From contig OZ223209.1 in NCBI GenBank assembly GCA_965140415.1, positions 288,001-352,000 of the forward strand: 64,000 bases of DNA, written 5' to 3'. Within the stretch, counting starts at the first letter, position 1. Each line of letters opens with the position of its first letter. The DNA comes from Myxococcota bacterium (GTDB lineage Bacteria; Myxococcota_A; SURF-8). Below are positions 1 through 10,337 of the stretch, one piece after another. The notes beneath the pieces were generated by a model. The model worked only from the letters and a program-made list of their open reading frames with translations. It did not search any database and had not been told where the DNA came from. Made by a program: the position numbers and the translations under genes.

Positions 1-805
1 GTGATTTCACAACCATTGCAACCAATGCGATCAGGGCAAACATCCAGACGGCAAAAAGCCAGGGTTGCAGCGAAGCGACTCCGGATTTTAAACCGATGTC
101 CCCCATTAACAGGAGTGCCAAAATCGCATCTTTGGAAAACAGTGGAAACAGCAAGAGAAACAACAACGCGCTTAAAATTGCCGTAACGATTTTTCTATCC
201 GGTGGGAACTGGTAAAACACCAAAATCAAGAAGGGAATCAGCAACATTGAGACAAGATGAGTTTGCACAAGCAGAGATAGCATCGCGGCACTCGCAAACC
301 AGAAACCTTGTTGCCGAGTGAGTGTAGCCAATGCCAGTGACAGGAAAAATCCGCTTGAAAGCAGTGGTACCAAAGATGGATTCCAAAGCGTGGCCGCTTC
401 ATTTGGATTACTGAAAAACAGAATAAATGCAGCCAGTCCCGTCCACAATACAGCCCAACGTCCCCATAGCAGGGAAGCCAGCCCTCCAACCAACACACAG
501 GCAAACACTTTGCTGATGCTGGTGAGGGTGAATATTCCGAATACCGAAAGTCCAAGCGATTGCCAGAAAGCCAGATGCAACAGGTAAAAGCCGCCCTGGA
601 AACCGGCAAAAGAGGTGGGCGGGCCAATGAGATGGCATCCTTCAGCACCGATGCATTCGCTCGCCATAAACAGATCCCGTACCGTATCCGAATGCGCCAT
701 CGGTCCGTCATGCAAACGCCACCAGGACGCAATCGCCAGTAGAATCAACAGCACAAGCCATTGAACGAGCGAAGTCACATCGATTTTGTTGGGAGATTGA
801 CGCAT
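1..805 (-). CDS. Membrane glycosyltransferase of GT-C (ArnT/PMT-like) type, partial (runs off the left edge)
   Basis: Not in the ORF track. Hand translation from ATG 805 is open to position 2: MRQSPNKIDVTSLVQWLVLLILLAIASWWRLHDGPMAHSDTVRDLFMASECIGAEGCHLIGPPTSFAG...WNPSLVPLL...QTHLV. TM1 is followed by a D..RD loop and many TM segments. Confidence 0.65.
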   Translation of the reverse strand, partial: MRQSPNKIDVTSLVQWLVLLILLAIASWWRLHDGPMAHSDTVRDLFMASECIGAEGCHLIGPPTSFAGFQGGFYLLHLAFWQSLGLSVFGIFTLTSISKVFACVLVGGLASLLWGRWAVLWTGLAAFILFFSNPNEAATLWNPSLVPLLSSGFFLSLALATLTRQQGFWFASAAMLSLLVQTHLVSMLLIPFLILVFYQFPPDRKIVTAILSALLFLLLFPLFSKDAILALLLMGDIGLKSGVASLQPWLFAVWMFALIALVAMVVKS

Positions 806-898
806 CTTTCAAACCCGTACTTGGGGTCATGCTCTATCGTGTAGGACAGCTGTTTTGCAACAGTTCTTGATCTACCAATAATATGTATTCCGTCCATT

Positions 899-926
899 AA
901 AAAAGCGGGGCGTTGCGGCCCCGCTT
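899..926 (-). terminator. Rho-independent terminator
   Basis: Minus strand AAGCGGGG-loop-CCCCGCTT followed by a T run, just after the stop at 945. Confidence 0.75.
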
Positions 927-944
927 GAATCATCGGAAAAAGGC

Positions 945-1748
945 TTAGCGGTTATTCGGCATCGGCCCGGCATCATGTACGTAGTAGTCAACCTTACCCG
1001 ACCAGGTGTCGGGGATTTCGCTGGAAAGCGTCTGCTGGAAATCTTTTTTGGACTTGGGAGCCAGCGCGCTCATTTCCTGGCGCGGCGACACGTACACCGG
1101 AACCACGATGACGTTGTAGACCTTGTTGCCTTTGCCATCGAAGAAATCGACCATGACCATCACCATTTCGACGGCTTCGTCGCCGACGTTTTCCACTTCG
1201 CCGTGGAAGACAAGCATCGGACCTTCGTCGGTGATCTTGTTTTCTACGCTGAAATTGTTCAGCTTGATCATCTTGCCCCATTTGTCCACGCGGGCTTTGC
1301 GCTCGGCCTGCTTGGCTTCTTCTTCCATGCCCTTGGACACGATCTCCGGCTCGTGGATGTACCAGTTGCCGTTCTGGTATACGAAGTTCAACTTGATCAG
1401 CGCCGATTCCATCGTGTTGTAAGTCGCCCAACTCGACTTGGGCTTGAACTTGGTTTCCACCACGGCATCCAGCTTATGCTTTTCGATCCTGGTGACGTAC
1501 ACCGAGTCGACTTTCGGCAGCACATGCGTAGTAGCGTCTTCGATGTAGGTTTTCTGCGGATAATATTTCCGCGTTTCCTCGGAGAACATCGCATAGGCCT
1601 TGTCCCAGTCCTTGACCTTGACGGTTTGCAGGTACTGGTAGGTCAACGCCTCCAGGGGATCCTTGGTCTTAGGTTTGGAGCCTTCGCTGCACGCAAAAAG
1701 CCCGACCACGAAAAACACGAGGGTCAGAAATAGGATCGATCGCTTCAT
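945..1748 (-). CDS. Lipoprotein with an NTF2-like N-terminal domain and an FxLYD-like C-terminal domain
   Basis: Lipobox LFAC after MKRSILF. 'WDKAYAMFS...YQNGNWYI' then 'GEVENVGDEAVEMVMVMVDFFDGKGNKV'. Confidence 0.65.
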   Translation of the reverse strand: MKRSILFLTLVFFVVGLFACSEGSKPKTKDPLEALTYQYLQTVKVKDWDKAYAMFSEETRKYYPQKTYIEDATTHVLPKVDSVYVTRIEKHKLDAVVETKFKPKSSWATYNTMESALIKLNFVYQNGNWYIHEPEIVSKGMEEEAKQAERKARVDKWGKMIKLNNFSVENKITDEGPMLVFHGEVENVGDEAVEMVMVMVDFFDGKGNKVYNVIVVPVYVSPRQEMSALAPKSKKDFQQTLSSEIPDTWSGKVDYYVHDAGPMPNNR

Positions 1749-1796
1749 GGAATTCCGCTCCTTTACGGTAGCCAATAGGTTCGCAGAGAGTCGGAC

Positions 1797-2090
1797 TTAG
1801 GCCAGATACTTGTCCAGTCCCTTTTTCAGTCCATCCTCGACCTGCTTTTTAAACGGTGCAAGCATCAGTTTCATATCGACGAAAATCGAGACGTACTTGT
1901 CTTCGACGATCGTTTCACCGGAAAATCCCGATCCGGTCAGTTCAACACGTTTACGGTCCGGGCTCCATTTGAAGTCGAAATTGACCATTTTCATTTTATC
2001 GTCGCGCAATAAAACGAGATACTTTTCTACACGATCTTCCAAATCGGAACGGTCCAGGCTATGCTCGCGCTCAATTTTGATCTTCGGCAT
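1797..2090 (-). CDS. Polyhydroxyalkanoic acid system family protein
   Basis: MPKIKIEREHSL...GSGFSG...LAPFKKQVEDGLKKGLDKYL fits the family's length and motif pattern. Confidence 0.7.
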   Translation of the reverse strand: MPKIKIEREHSLDRSDLEDRVEKYLVLLRDDKMKMVNFDFKWSPDRKRVELTGSGFSGETIVEDKYVSIFVDMKLMLAPFKKQVEDGLKKGLDKYLA

Positions 2091-2206
2091 GATCCATCTC
2101 CACTTCAAAATTCAACAAATTGGAACCAAAGCGTCCCTAATCTAGCGAATCGGTTGCGCCTTGTCAAGCTCGTGATCCCATGAAAAAAACCAGCCGTAAA
2201 GGCGGG

Positions 2207-3133
2207 TTAGCTTCCCATATGCTCGGCGGGGGTCGATTGTTTGTCGGCGCTCGTTTTAAAGCGATCGTGAAACCAGACCCATTGCTCGGGATGTCGCCGA
2301 ATCACGGCTTCCAGCGAGGTCGTCACTTGTTGCCCAAGCAGTTGACACTGCTGCTGTAGATCCGCTTGTGCATCGGGTTGCAACAGGGTGTCCAATACAA
2401 CTTTATGCTGCTTTCCTTCACGCTGTAGCGCACCCACCACAATCGGCGCGTGTTGCCTGACAGCCAGAGCCAAAGCGCCGCTGGGAACTTGCACCGGTTG
2501 CCCGAAAAAGCCGGCCTGCACGCTGCGTCCCCGCGTGTGCTGATCCAGCAGGACGAGCAATATTCCTCCATTATCGAGCACTTGACGAACGTTCGCCATC
2601 AAGTCGGGATCGTCCCGGTCGATCTGTAACAAGCCGTAACCGGCCCGAAACTGCTTGACGAAACGGTCCAGTAACGCATCGTAGCTTTTTCGCACCACTC
2701 CGTGCAGCGGCAGCCCGGCGCGGCATAATGCCGCCGCCAGTAGTTCCCAGTTTCCAATATGCCCGGTAATAAACAGCAACCCGCGTCCGTCGGCCAGTCG
2801 CTCGCGCAACATCTTTAGAACGGCGTCATCCAAATCCACGGAATCCAACTGCTTTTCCGGCTTTCGCAGCAATTCCAGCGCCTCGAACAAGGAACGAGCG
2901 AGGTGGCGCGTCATGCTTCTGACAAGCGCTTTGCGTTGTCTCAAAGACCAATCGGGATAAGCAAGTTGCAGATTTTCCAGCGCCAGGCGACGTTCCTTGC
3001 CCGCAGCGAAGTAAACCAGCGGGGCCAATCCTGCAATCCACAACGCTTTAAACGGCCACAGCAAGCGCGTGTAAGCCCATATCCCCAACAGGCAAACCAG
3101 CCGAATCAGTGCGTTTTTAAGTCGCTGCCACAC
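2207..3133 (-). CDS. Lysophospholipid / lipid A lauroyl acyltransferase family (LpxL-like)
   Basis: Motifs GHIGNWE, LLDQ, FFG and IRRHPEQWVWFHDRFK. Confidence 0.85.
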   Translation of the reverse strand: MWQRLKNALIRLVCLLGIWAYTRLLWPFKALWIAGLAPLVYFAAGKERRLALENLQLAYPDWSLRQRKALVRSMTRHLARSLFEALELLRKPEKQLDSVDLDDAVLKMLRERLADGRGLLFITGHIGNWELLAAALCRAGLPLHGVVRKSYDALLDRFVKQFRAGYGLLQIDRDDPDLMANVRQVLDNGGILLVLLDQHTRGRSVQAGFFGQPVQVPSGALALAVRQHAPIVVGALQREGKQHKVVLDTLLQPDAQADLQQQCQLLGQQVTTSLEAVIRRHPEQWVWFHDRFKTSADKQSTPAEHMGS

Positions 3134-3140
3134 GAGCCGG

Positions 3141-4250
3141 TCAGATCGTAAACGCCAGGCTCAACGAAAACATGCGGTCGGTTTTATCCACCAAACCCTG
3201 GTTATAGGACAAGTCGAACAAAACTTTCTGGCTGTGATAGCCGATGCCTGCTCCCACATAGTGGTTTTCTTTGATTTGGTCGTATTCGTAACCTGCACGC
3301 AGCGGCACCATTTTCATGATGATGTACTCGATTCCCGCGCGGCAGTCGATTTTGGTACCGTCTTCATAATCGAAACCGAGCACAGTGCTTTTTTGTACCG
3401 GACTGGGGTTTTCGTAGTCGGGAGTAACCACCACATCGCTGTCGTCATCTGATTCTTTGAGCGGACTGGTTTTTTCCTGGTAGACATCGAAAATCACGAG
3501 TTGATCGTAAGTAATGTAGAACTCATCTGTAATCGTATACGCCAGACCGATACCCAATTTCAACGGCCAGAGATTGTAGGCTGCGTGAACCAGATTATAA
3601 CCGACCAATCCGCCTTGCAGGCCGAAATCGGTGCGGAACATGATGCCAACATCCACCGTGGCGGCATTGACGTTATGACGGTCGGGGCGGTCGACGTAGG
3701 CATACTTGACCGTAGTGCCCATCATGAAATACTGGTTGATGGCTCCAGCAATGGAAGAGCGTACGATATGCCGATGAACGGTGGCGTCTTTATACGGACT
3801 GGTCAGGTTTCCCACCGCTTGGATATCCAGGATATCTTCATAGAAATTGGCGTATTCGCGCCGCTCGTCGGCGGAGATCAATTGCAGTTTATCCGGCCAT
3901 AAAGCTTTGGAATCGTAACCGCTATAGGTATAGCCGACTTCCATGCACAGGGCGCTTGTAATCGAATCGAGCAATGCGGCGCTGGCGGCCCAGGATTTTC
4001 CGGTGGGTTCAAACGCGGTATCGATGCCGATAAGGTATTGCTGTCGTTGTGCGATACCTGCCGGGTTGTACAGATAGGCCGGGATACCCTCGGCGATGGC
4101 AAGAAAAGCCCGTCCCATTCCCAAAGGGCGCGCCATGTCGATTTCCGCACGGGTGGAGCTTAATTCTTCTTCCCAGTTTTCATACGCTCCGGCATTGCCG
4201 GGAAGAAGCAACAGGCTGCACAAAACGAGAAGATAAACGAAACGGGTCAT
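3141..4250 (-). CDS. Outer-membrane beta-barrel protein (FadL/PorV-like)
   Basis: Signal peptide, ARPLGMGRAF...YNPAGIA, and a C-terminal amphipathic strand MFSLSLAFTI. Confidence 0.7.
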   Translation of the reverse strand: MTRFVYLLVLCSLLLLPGNAGAYENWEEELSSTRAEIDMARPLGMGRAFLAIAEGIPAYLYNPAGIAQRQQYLIGIDTAFEPTGKSWAASAALLDSITSALCMEVGYTYSGYDSKALWPDKLQLISADERREYANFYEDILDIQAVGNLTSPYKDATVHRHIVRSSIAGAINQYFMMGTTVKYAYVDRPDRHNVNAATVDVGIMFRTDFGLQGGLVGYNLVHAAYNLWPLKLGIGLAYTITDEFYITYDQLVIFDVYQEKTSPLKESDDDSDVVVTPDYENPSPVQKSTVLGFDYEDGTKIDCRAGIEYIIMKMVPLRAGYEYDQIKENHYVGAGIGYHSQKVLFDLSYNQGLVDKTDRMFSLSLAFTI

Positions 4251-4639
4251 ACCAGGTTCCTTTACTTACAAAAAGGTTGCACTGGCGGGTAGTAAAAGCC
4301 CTGAAAACAGGTAGGTATCAGAGCCTGATTGTTCAGTAATCGCCAGACGCGCAATTCTAGCATATTTTACATTAAATGTAAAAGGTGCATGCTAACAAAG
4401 TGTGCAACCACGTCGACACCACTTTATTACTTTAACCGCTTCTTCTCGATCCGTATTCCGAAAATGGAAATTCGTGAATAATCCGGTGAAAGTTTCGTCT
4501 ATATTTGCAAGTCGGAAACAGGCGACGATTTGGCGTAATCGGTTGATTGTCAACCGATTTCCGTGCTACGATCGGATCGCATTTATTGGAAGCACAGACA
4601 TACGGAGAAAAGCACCATAGCGGTGATTGGAGGGGTACT

Positions 4640-7180
4640 ATGGAACGAACGAGAAGGCATCTGGCAATCTGGTCCATCATTTTGTTGTCACTGGTGTGGC
4701 TGAGCGGTTGCAGTTCGGATACCGATGCATCCGATATCGCCGATGAGCTTTCCGACCGTTTGACCGATGCATTGGATTTCGAAGATGGCGTGGTGGAAGA
4801 CGGCGAACCGCCGGAGGGTGAATCCGGCGAGGAAATCCCCCAGATCGACGACATCGACGGAACGGACCTGCGGCTTGGTGCGGCTTTCGCATTCAGTCTG
4901 CAAAGCGGCTTTGCAGCTATGGAAGACGTCAGCCGGGCGATCGTGTGGGTCAAGGGTGCTTCAAAGTACATCGTGGTGCAGGGTGGTCTTTCACAAGGCA
5001 TCTTCGAGTTGTTTGGACGCTTGACGGCGGATGCCGAACTGCGCGGAAAACCATTTGAACTGCACTTTGCATTGCAGACAGAAAACGGCATTACCGGTCA
5101 GTATCAAACGTACGAAATCACCGTATTGGACGAAGATCCCCAACAAGCTTCCGTGGGCAGCGATATCGAAGCGCTGGTGATCGAGAACGAAGATGAATTC
5201 GAGAGTGGCCGTCCCAATGGAAAGGGCGGCTCCGAAATGCCGCAGATCGCCGAAGTTGCCGGTCCCGAATCGCTGTGGGCGGGAGCTTCTTTCGAACTGA
5301 GCTTGAGTTCCGATTTCGAAGGAGACGTCCGTTCCGTGATCGTCAGTACACCGGGAAATGTTGCCTACAAACGGATTCCTGCATCGCTGACAGAAGGCGT
5401 CGTTCATTTGAAAGGCCAGCTAAGCGACAAATTGGAAATTGGGGATCAATGGACGTTTCTGTTGGCGCTGGAAGGCGATTCCGGTGCGGGATTATATCGC
5501 AGTTGGTCATTGGTCGTGGTCGAACCGCCCGCTGTTTCGGATGGCGATCAGGAAATTGACGGTGATGTGGTTATTGATGGCGACAAAGTAGTTGATGGCG
5601 ATGTGGAAACAGACGGAGACGTGATCATCGATGGCGACGTGGAAGCAGACGGAGACGTGGTCATTGATGGCGATACCGATGCAGACGGGGATTTCGTTGT
5701 CGATGGCGATGATGAAATCGATGGAGATCAGGTCATCGACGGCGATGTGGAAACGGATGGCGATATCGTCACGGATGGGGACTTGGATGAAGAAAAAGCG
5801 GAAGAAGACCCCGATGAAGAAGAGGAATCCGACACGGTAACCACACCTCCGATTCCGATCTGGGCCAACGGATATGGCAGCAGCGGCTCAAACGATTTGA
5901 GCAAAGCCGTAGCCATCGCGCCCGATGGCTCCACCTATTTCCTCGGTGATTTCGACTCCACCCTGCAAATCGATGGAACCCAGTACACCAGCGCCGGATT
6001 GCAGGATCTGATTCTGATCAAACTCAAACCGAACGGTGACCCGGATTGGGTGAAACAGTTCGGTTCCACCGGTACGGAAAACGGTGTGGATCTAACGGTT
6101 GATTCCATGGGCAATCTGATTCTAACCGGAACCTTTACCAGTGGATTCAGTTTTACAGCCGATACGACAGGCTACGTTCAAAGCAATGGTGGCCTGGATA
6201 TCTACCTGGCCAAATTCGAAGCCGATGGAACTTTCACATGGGCAAAATCCTTCGGCGGCACGGATTTCGACGGCATTCAGGATGTAGCCACTGATAGTGC
6301 GGACAATATTTACATTACCGGCCAATACAAGGGAACAATCAATTTCGGAACGACAGTGAACAGTGAAATGACTTCCCATGGCGGGAATGACATTTACCTC
6401 GCCAAGTTCAATTCCTCCGGCGATCTACAATGGTCGAAAGGCTACGGAAACAGTGGTTCTTACCAGGATGGAATGGCGCTTGCGCTGGATGGCACGGAAT
6501 CGGTGATTCTCGGCGGTTATTTTAGCGGTGACATGGATGTGGGCGGAAACACCTTACCCGAAGAAGGCTTGTACGATATCTTCGTAGCCAAATACGCTAC
6601 CGACACCGGTCGCCACATCTGGTCGCATGTGTACGGCGACGCAGATGACGAGATGCTCAACGGTGTGGCAGTAGGTCAGAACGGGCAGGTGATTGTAACC
6701 GGTTATTTCAATGGGACGATTACCTTCGACGACACACTCACGTCCACAGGGGGGGCGGATCTTTTCTATGCCGTTCTGGATTCGGACGGCAGCGCGTTGT
6801 CTTCAAGACAATACGGCGATGGCAGCAACCAGTTCGGCGGACCGGTGCATACGGATTCCCAAAACCGAATCATCTGGGCTGGTGGTTTTTCGGGAACTTT
6901 GGATTTTGGTTTGGATTCGCCCATGGTCAGTCCCGGAGGCAGCGACATTTTCCTGGTTCTTTTCGAAGCGGATGGAAGCATTGCATGGGGAAAGGCTTTC
7001 GGCAACACCAGTACAAACACACTCTCTTCCTTGGCTTTAGGAGGCGAACAGCGAATCGCCATCGGGGGGATTTATCAGGGATGGATTGAATTCGTGCCGG
7101 GACAGGGACTTCCCATTTATGGAAATCGCGATATGTTTGCGGCCACCTTCCGGTATCCGCCGACAGCCAACACCCCCTGA
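4640..7180 (+). CDS. Large lipoprotein with a DGD-repeat linker and a C-terminal beta-propeller (SBBP-like repeats)
   Basis: RBS GGAGGGG before ATG 4640. Lipobox LSGC. Repeated 'DIYLAKF..G...WAKSFGG' blades. Confidence 0.8.
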   Translation: MERTRRHLAIWSIILLSLVWLSGCSSDTDASDIADELSDRLTDALDFEDGVVEDGEPPEGESGEEIPQIDDIDGTDLRLGAAFAFSLQSGFAAMEDVSRAIVWVKGASKYIVVQGGLSQGIFELFGRLTADAELRGKPFELHFALQTENGITGQYQTYEITVLDEDPQQASVGSDIEALVIENEDEFESGRPNGKGGSEMPQIAEVAGPESLWAGASFELSLSSDFEGDVRSVIVSTPGNVAYKRIPASLTEGVVHLKGQLSDKLEIGDQWTFLLALEGDSGAGLYRSWSLVVVEPPAVSDGDQEIDGDVVIDGDKVVDGDVETDGDVIIDGDVEADGDVVIDGDTDADGDFVVDGDDEIDGDQVIDGDVETDGDIVTDGDLDEEKAEEDPDEEEESDTVTTPPIPIWANGYGSSGSNDLSKAVAIAPDGSTYFLGDFDSTLQIDGTQYTSAGLQDLILIKLKPNGDPDWVKQFGSTGTENGVDLTVDSMGNLILTGTFTSGFSFTADTTGYVQSNGGLDIYLAKFEADGTFTWAKSFGGTDFDGIQDVATDSADNIYITGQYKGTINFGTTVNSEMTSHGGNDIYLAKFNSSGDLQWSKGYGNSGSYQDGMALALDGTESVILGGYFSGDMDVGGNTLPEEGLYDIFVAKYATDTGRHIWSHVYGDADDEMLNGVAVGQNGQVIVTGYFNGTITFDDTLTSTGGADLFYAVLDSDGSALSSRQYGDGSNQFGGPVHTDSQNRIIWAGGFSGTLDFGLDSPMVSPGGSDIFLVLFEADGSIAWGKAFGNTSTNTLSSLALGGEQRIAIGGIYQGWIEFVPGQGLPIYGNRDMFAATFRYPPTANTP
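5540..5791 (+). repeat. Coding tandem repeat: 14 units of 18 bp encoding DGDxxx
   Basis: DGDQEI DGDVVI DGDKVV DGDVET DGDVII DGDVEA DGDVVI DGDTDA DGDFVV DGDDEI DGDQVI DGDVET DGDIVT DGDLDE. Confidence 0.9.
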
Positions 7181-7445
7181 TTCTTTACTGGGTATCGAGC
7201 GAATTTGGCGATACCTATCGCGATGTCATTTTATAACGACGAGACGTGAGTCCGGCTAAAAACGTCAACAATAACGCTGGGCTTACGCACCACTGCCACA
7301 GAATTCAGAAAACATCTATCGCCAAAACCGATTACGAAAGGTTGTCTCGCGATACTTGAAATCATCAATTAATACTTTACAGCCAAGTCCAGATCGAACA
7401 TACTCACGAACTGACTGGGAGTAGACCTGTTTCGGAGGATAAGCG

Positions 7446-10238
7446 ATGAAAGAGAAACGCTGGTTGGTAAAGGTTGTGTTGTTGTGTCTGGCTCTGATGC
7501 TATTCGGCTGCGGTTCCGGTTCCGATGCGGACCCCGCAGACGGTGATAGCGATACGGATGCGGCGACCGGCAGCTGTCTGCCCTTCTGCATGCGCGTGGT
7601 GGCTTGTGCGCCGGAAGTCGGCATCACGACCGCAAAATGCACCGCAGCCTGTGAAGATCCGGAATACTGGTTCTCCACCGTGGGCGGCACGGCCAGCTAT
7701 TGCTGTGTCGAAAAGAGCGATTGCGACAGCTTCGTCGCCTGCCTGTTGGGCACGGATGGCTACCTCTGCGGGCAGACCGGCCCCTCCGGCGACTGCACCA
7801 ACGGCGAGATGAGCTGCCAGGGTGACAGCACCATCGAATGCGAAAACGGCTCCTGGGCCGATCCCATTCCCTGCGGCGAAGGCAAAACCTGCAAAGATGG
7901 CGACTGCGTCGACAAAACCGTAACCAACGATTGCGAAGCGGACGTCGAAACCCGTTGCAAGGACGAAAACACCCTGCAAACCTGTAATGCCACCGGCGAC
8001 GGTTGGGTGGATTCCGCCTGCGGCGACGATCTGTTCTGTTCCAACGGCCAGTGCGTCTCCCAGTTGTGCGAGCCGGAAACGGAAAAAAGCTGCGACGATC
8101 AGGGGCGCGTGGTGACCTGCAACGCCGCCGGCGATGGCTGGGAAGATCCCACCGAATGCTTGCAGGGTCAACGCTGCTTCGAAGGCCGCTGCATCAACGA
8201 GGGCGAATGGGTCTGTGAACCGCTTACGGAAACCCGCTGCACCGACGACGATCCGCCACGCCTGCAAACCTGCAACGCCGACGGCAGCGACTGGTCCACT
8301 CCGTTGAACTGCCCGGCGGGCACCGAGTGCATCGTCGATCATTGCGCCGAAGCGGCCTGCGAGCCGGGTGAGGATTTCCGCTGCGCCGAGGATGGCCGCA
8401 TTCAGTGGTGCAACACTTCCGGCAACGGTTACCTGCCGCCGGAAGACTGCCCCAGCGGCCTGACCTGCGTTACCAATTCCGAAGACGGCTGCGGCGTTTC
8501 TACCAGTGTCTGTACGCCCAATGAATATTACTGCGAGGATCTGCACAACATCAAGCAATGCAACGCCACCGGCGACGGCTACCTGACGGGCCTGACTCCC
8601 TGCGATCCGAACTCGGTCGAAGGCAAGGAATGCCACAACGGCGAATGCATGGATCTGTGCGACATGGCCGAAGCCACCGATTCCTACATCGGCTGCGAAT
8701 ACTGGCCCATCGCCCTGCCCAATTCAGTGGACGACGACTTCAAAGAAGGTCAGGAATCCGAATTCGCGGTTGTCGTGGCCAATACCAACGAGGATTATAC
8801 GGCGACCATCACCATTGAAAAAGGCATTTTCAACAAGGTCGTAACGATCCAGCCCGGCCAGCAAAAGACCATCCGCCTGCCCTACGATGACCGCGTGAAC
8901 AGCTACAAGGCCAATTCCGCGTTTCGTTTGAGTTCCACCGTACCAGTTACGGTTTACCAGTTCAATCCGCTCACCGCCGTGATCGGCTCCACCTACGCCA
9001 ATACCAATGATGCTTCGCTGTTGTTACCGACTCACGTACTCGGCGAAGAGTATATGGTTATGAACTATCGCACCTGGTATCGCTCCGCCGACAACATCAC
9101 GTTTTCTGCCAGTAATTCTTTCTACACCATCGTCGGCACCGAAACCGGTACAACCGTTACGATCAAGCCTTCCGGTGAGACGGCTTCCGGCAGCGGCGTG
9201 CAGGCCATGTCACCGGGACAGGAATACACGTACACCTTGAATCGCGGTGAAGTATTGCAAGTGATCAGCAGTTCGGACAGCAGCCTGATCGATCAGAGTA
9301 CCTGCGTGACGGAATCGAGTCCCTATACCACGATTAAGCAATACTGCCTGGGGCAGGAACTGACCGGAACGGAAATTCATACCAGCGCACCGGTGGCGGT
9401 TTACGCCGGTAACGAGTGCGAATTCGTGCCACATTATCGCTGGGCCTGTGACCATCTGGAACAGCAGATGTTCCCGACCGAATCCTGGACCACCCAGTAT
9501 ATCGCCGCCAAAATGCACACGCCGCTAAATACCGGCAGCACCGAGCAACCTAACCTGTATAAGATCGTCGCCTTGCAGGATGAAACGGTCATCACTACCG
9601 TACCGGAAGTCAATAACCAGTCCAGCCCCTTCCACAATCAGGCCTGTACCGGTCCTTTGGATCGCGGCGAGAGCTGCATCATCGAAACGCGCGACGATTT
9701 CATCCTGATGACCAACGCCGAGCATCCGGTGATGATCGGCCAGTTTTTAGTTGGACAGGATTTCTGGGGTATCAATTTAGTACCCTGTTACGCCGGTTGC
9801 GGTAGTGGTGAAATCTGTTACGATGCCGGTGGCTATTGCGTGCCTTCCTGCCAGGGTGGGTTACAATGCCCCGAAGGTAAGATCTGTCTGAACAACATGT
9901 ACTGTATGGGCTACGGCGATCCGGCCTTCGTGCTGATTCCGCCGGTGGAACAATATCGCAAAGAATACGTATTCCTGGTACCCAGCACCTACGCCATCGA
10001 TTATCTGACGCTGTTGACGACAAATCCTTCGGTGGAAATCACGCTGGACGGTTCGCCCTTGCAGACCAGCTTCACGCAGATCGGCAGCCGCAACGCCTAT
10101 CGCATGGAGATGAGCATCTCCGATGGTGCGCACACCTTAAGCGCAAGCAGCAAGGTGGGCTTGATGGTTTACGGCTACGACGCATATGTCTCTTACGCCT
10201 ATCCGGGCGGACTGGATCTGTCGCTGGTGATCTACTAG
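7446..10238 (+). CDS. Cys-rich repeat lipoprotein with a C-terminal IgGFc-binding-protein domain
   Basis: RBS GGAGG, lipobox LFGC, several C-x-P...C...CN..G..W...C...C..G.C repeats, then SYIGCEYW, NDASLLLP, DHLEQQMFP, GDPA and SYAYPGG. Confidence 0.85.
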   Translation: MKEKRWLVKVVLLCLALMLFGCGSGSDADPADGDSDTDAATGSCLPFCMRVVACAPEVGITTAKCTAACEDPEYWFSTVGGTASYCCVEKSDCDSFVACLLGTDGYLCGQTGPSGDCTNGEMSCQGDSTIECENGSWADPIPCGEGKTCKDGDCVDKTVTNDCEADVETRCKDENTLQTCNATGDGWVDSACGDDLFCSNGQCVSQLCEPETEKSCDDQGRVVTCNAAGDGWEDPTECLQGQRCFEGRCINEGEWVCEPLTETRCTDDDPPRLQTCNADGSDWSTPLNCPAGTECIVDHCAEAACEPGEDFRCAEDGRIQWCNTSGNGYLPPEDCPSGLTCVTNSEDGCGVSTSVCTPNEYYCEDLHNIKQCNATGDGYLTGLTPCDPNSVEGKECHNGECMDLCDMAEATDSYIGCEYWPIALPNSVDDDFKEGQESEFAVVVANTNEDYTATITIEKGIFNKVVTIQPGQQKTIRLPYDDRVNSYKANSAFRLSSTVPVTVYQFNPLTAVIGSTYANTNDASLLLPTHVLGEEYMVMNYRTWYRSADNITFSASNSFYTIVGTETGTTVTIKPSGETASGSGVQAMSPGQEYTYTLNRGEVLQVISSSDSSLIDQSTCVTESSPYTTIKQYCLGQELTGTEIHTSAPVAVYAGNECEFVPHYRWACDHLEQQMFPTESWTTQYIAAKMHTPLNTGSTEQPNLYKIVALQDETVITTVPEVNNQSSPFHNQACTGPLDRGESCIIETRDDFILMTNAEHPVMIGQFLVGQDFWGINLVPCYAGCGSGEICYDAGGYCVPSCQGGLQCPEGKICLNNMYCMGYGDPAFVLIPPVEQYRKEYVFLVPSTYAIDYLTLLTTNPSVEITLDGSPLQTSFTQIGSRNAYRMEMSISDGAHTLSASSKVGLMVYGYDAYVSYAYPGGLDLSLVIY

Positions 10239-10265
10239 CCGACGATACCTCATCGTAAACGTAAC

Positions 10266-10299
10266 GAAGGGAGCCGCAACCGGCTCCCTTCTGCTTTTA
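10266..10299 (+). terminator. Rho-independent terminator between convergent genes
   Basis: GAAGGGAGCCG-CAAC-CGGCTCCCTTC followed by TGCTTTT. Confidence 0.75.
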
Positions 10300-10337
10300 T
10301 GGCATTCGGCGAATGGATTCGAAGCAACCGGTCGCAG

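Noticed and set aside
841-860. Second WYL operator (TAGGACAG)
   Set aside because: Only a half-site; the right arm is missing.
5540-5791. 18-bp periodic repeat as a non-coding array
   Set aside because: It is in frame inside a CDS, with synonymous variation preserving DGD.
7500-8636. Long antisense ORFs (also 17591-18625, 25780-26586, 27021-28055 and others)
   Set aside because: Shadow frames of well-supported genes, with no recognisable motifs.
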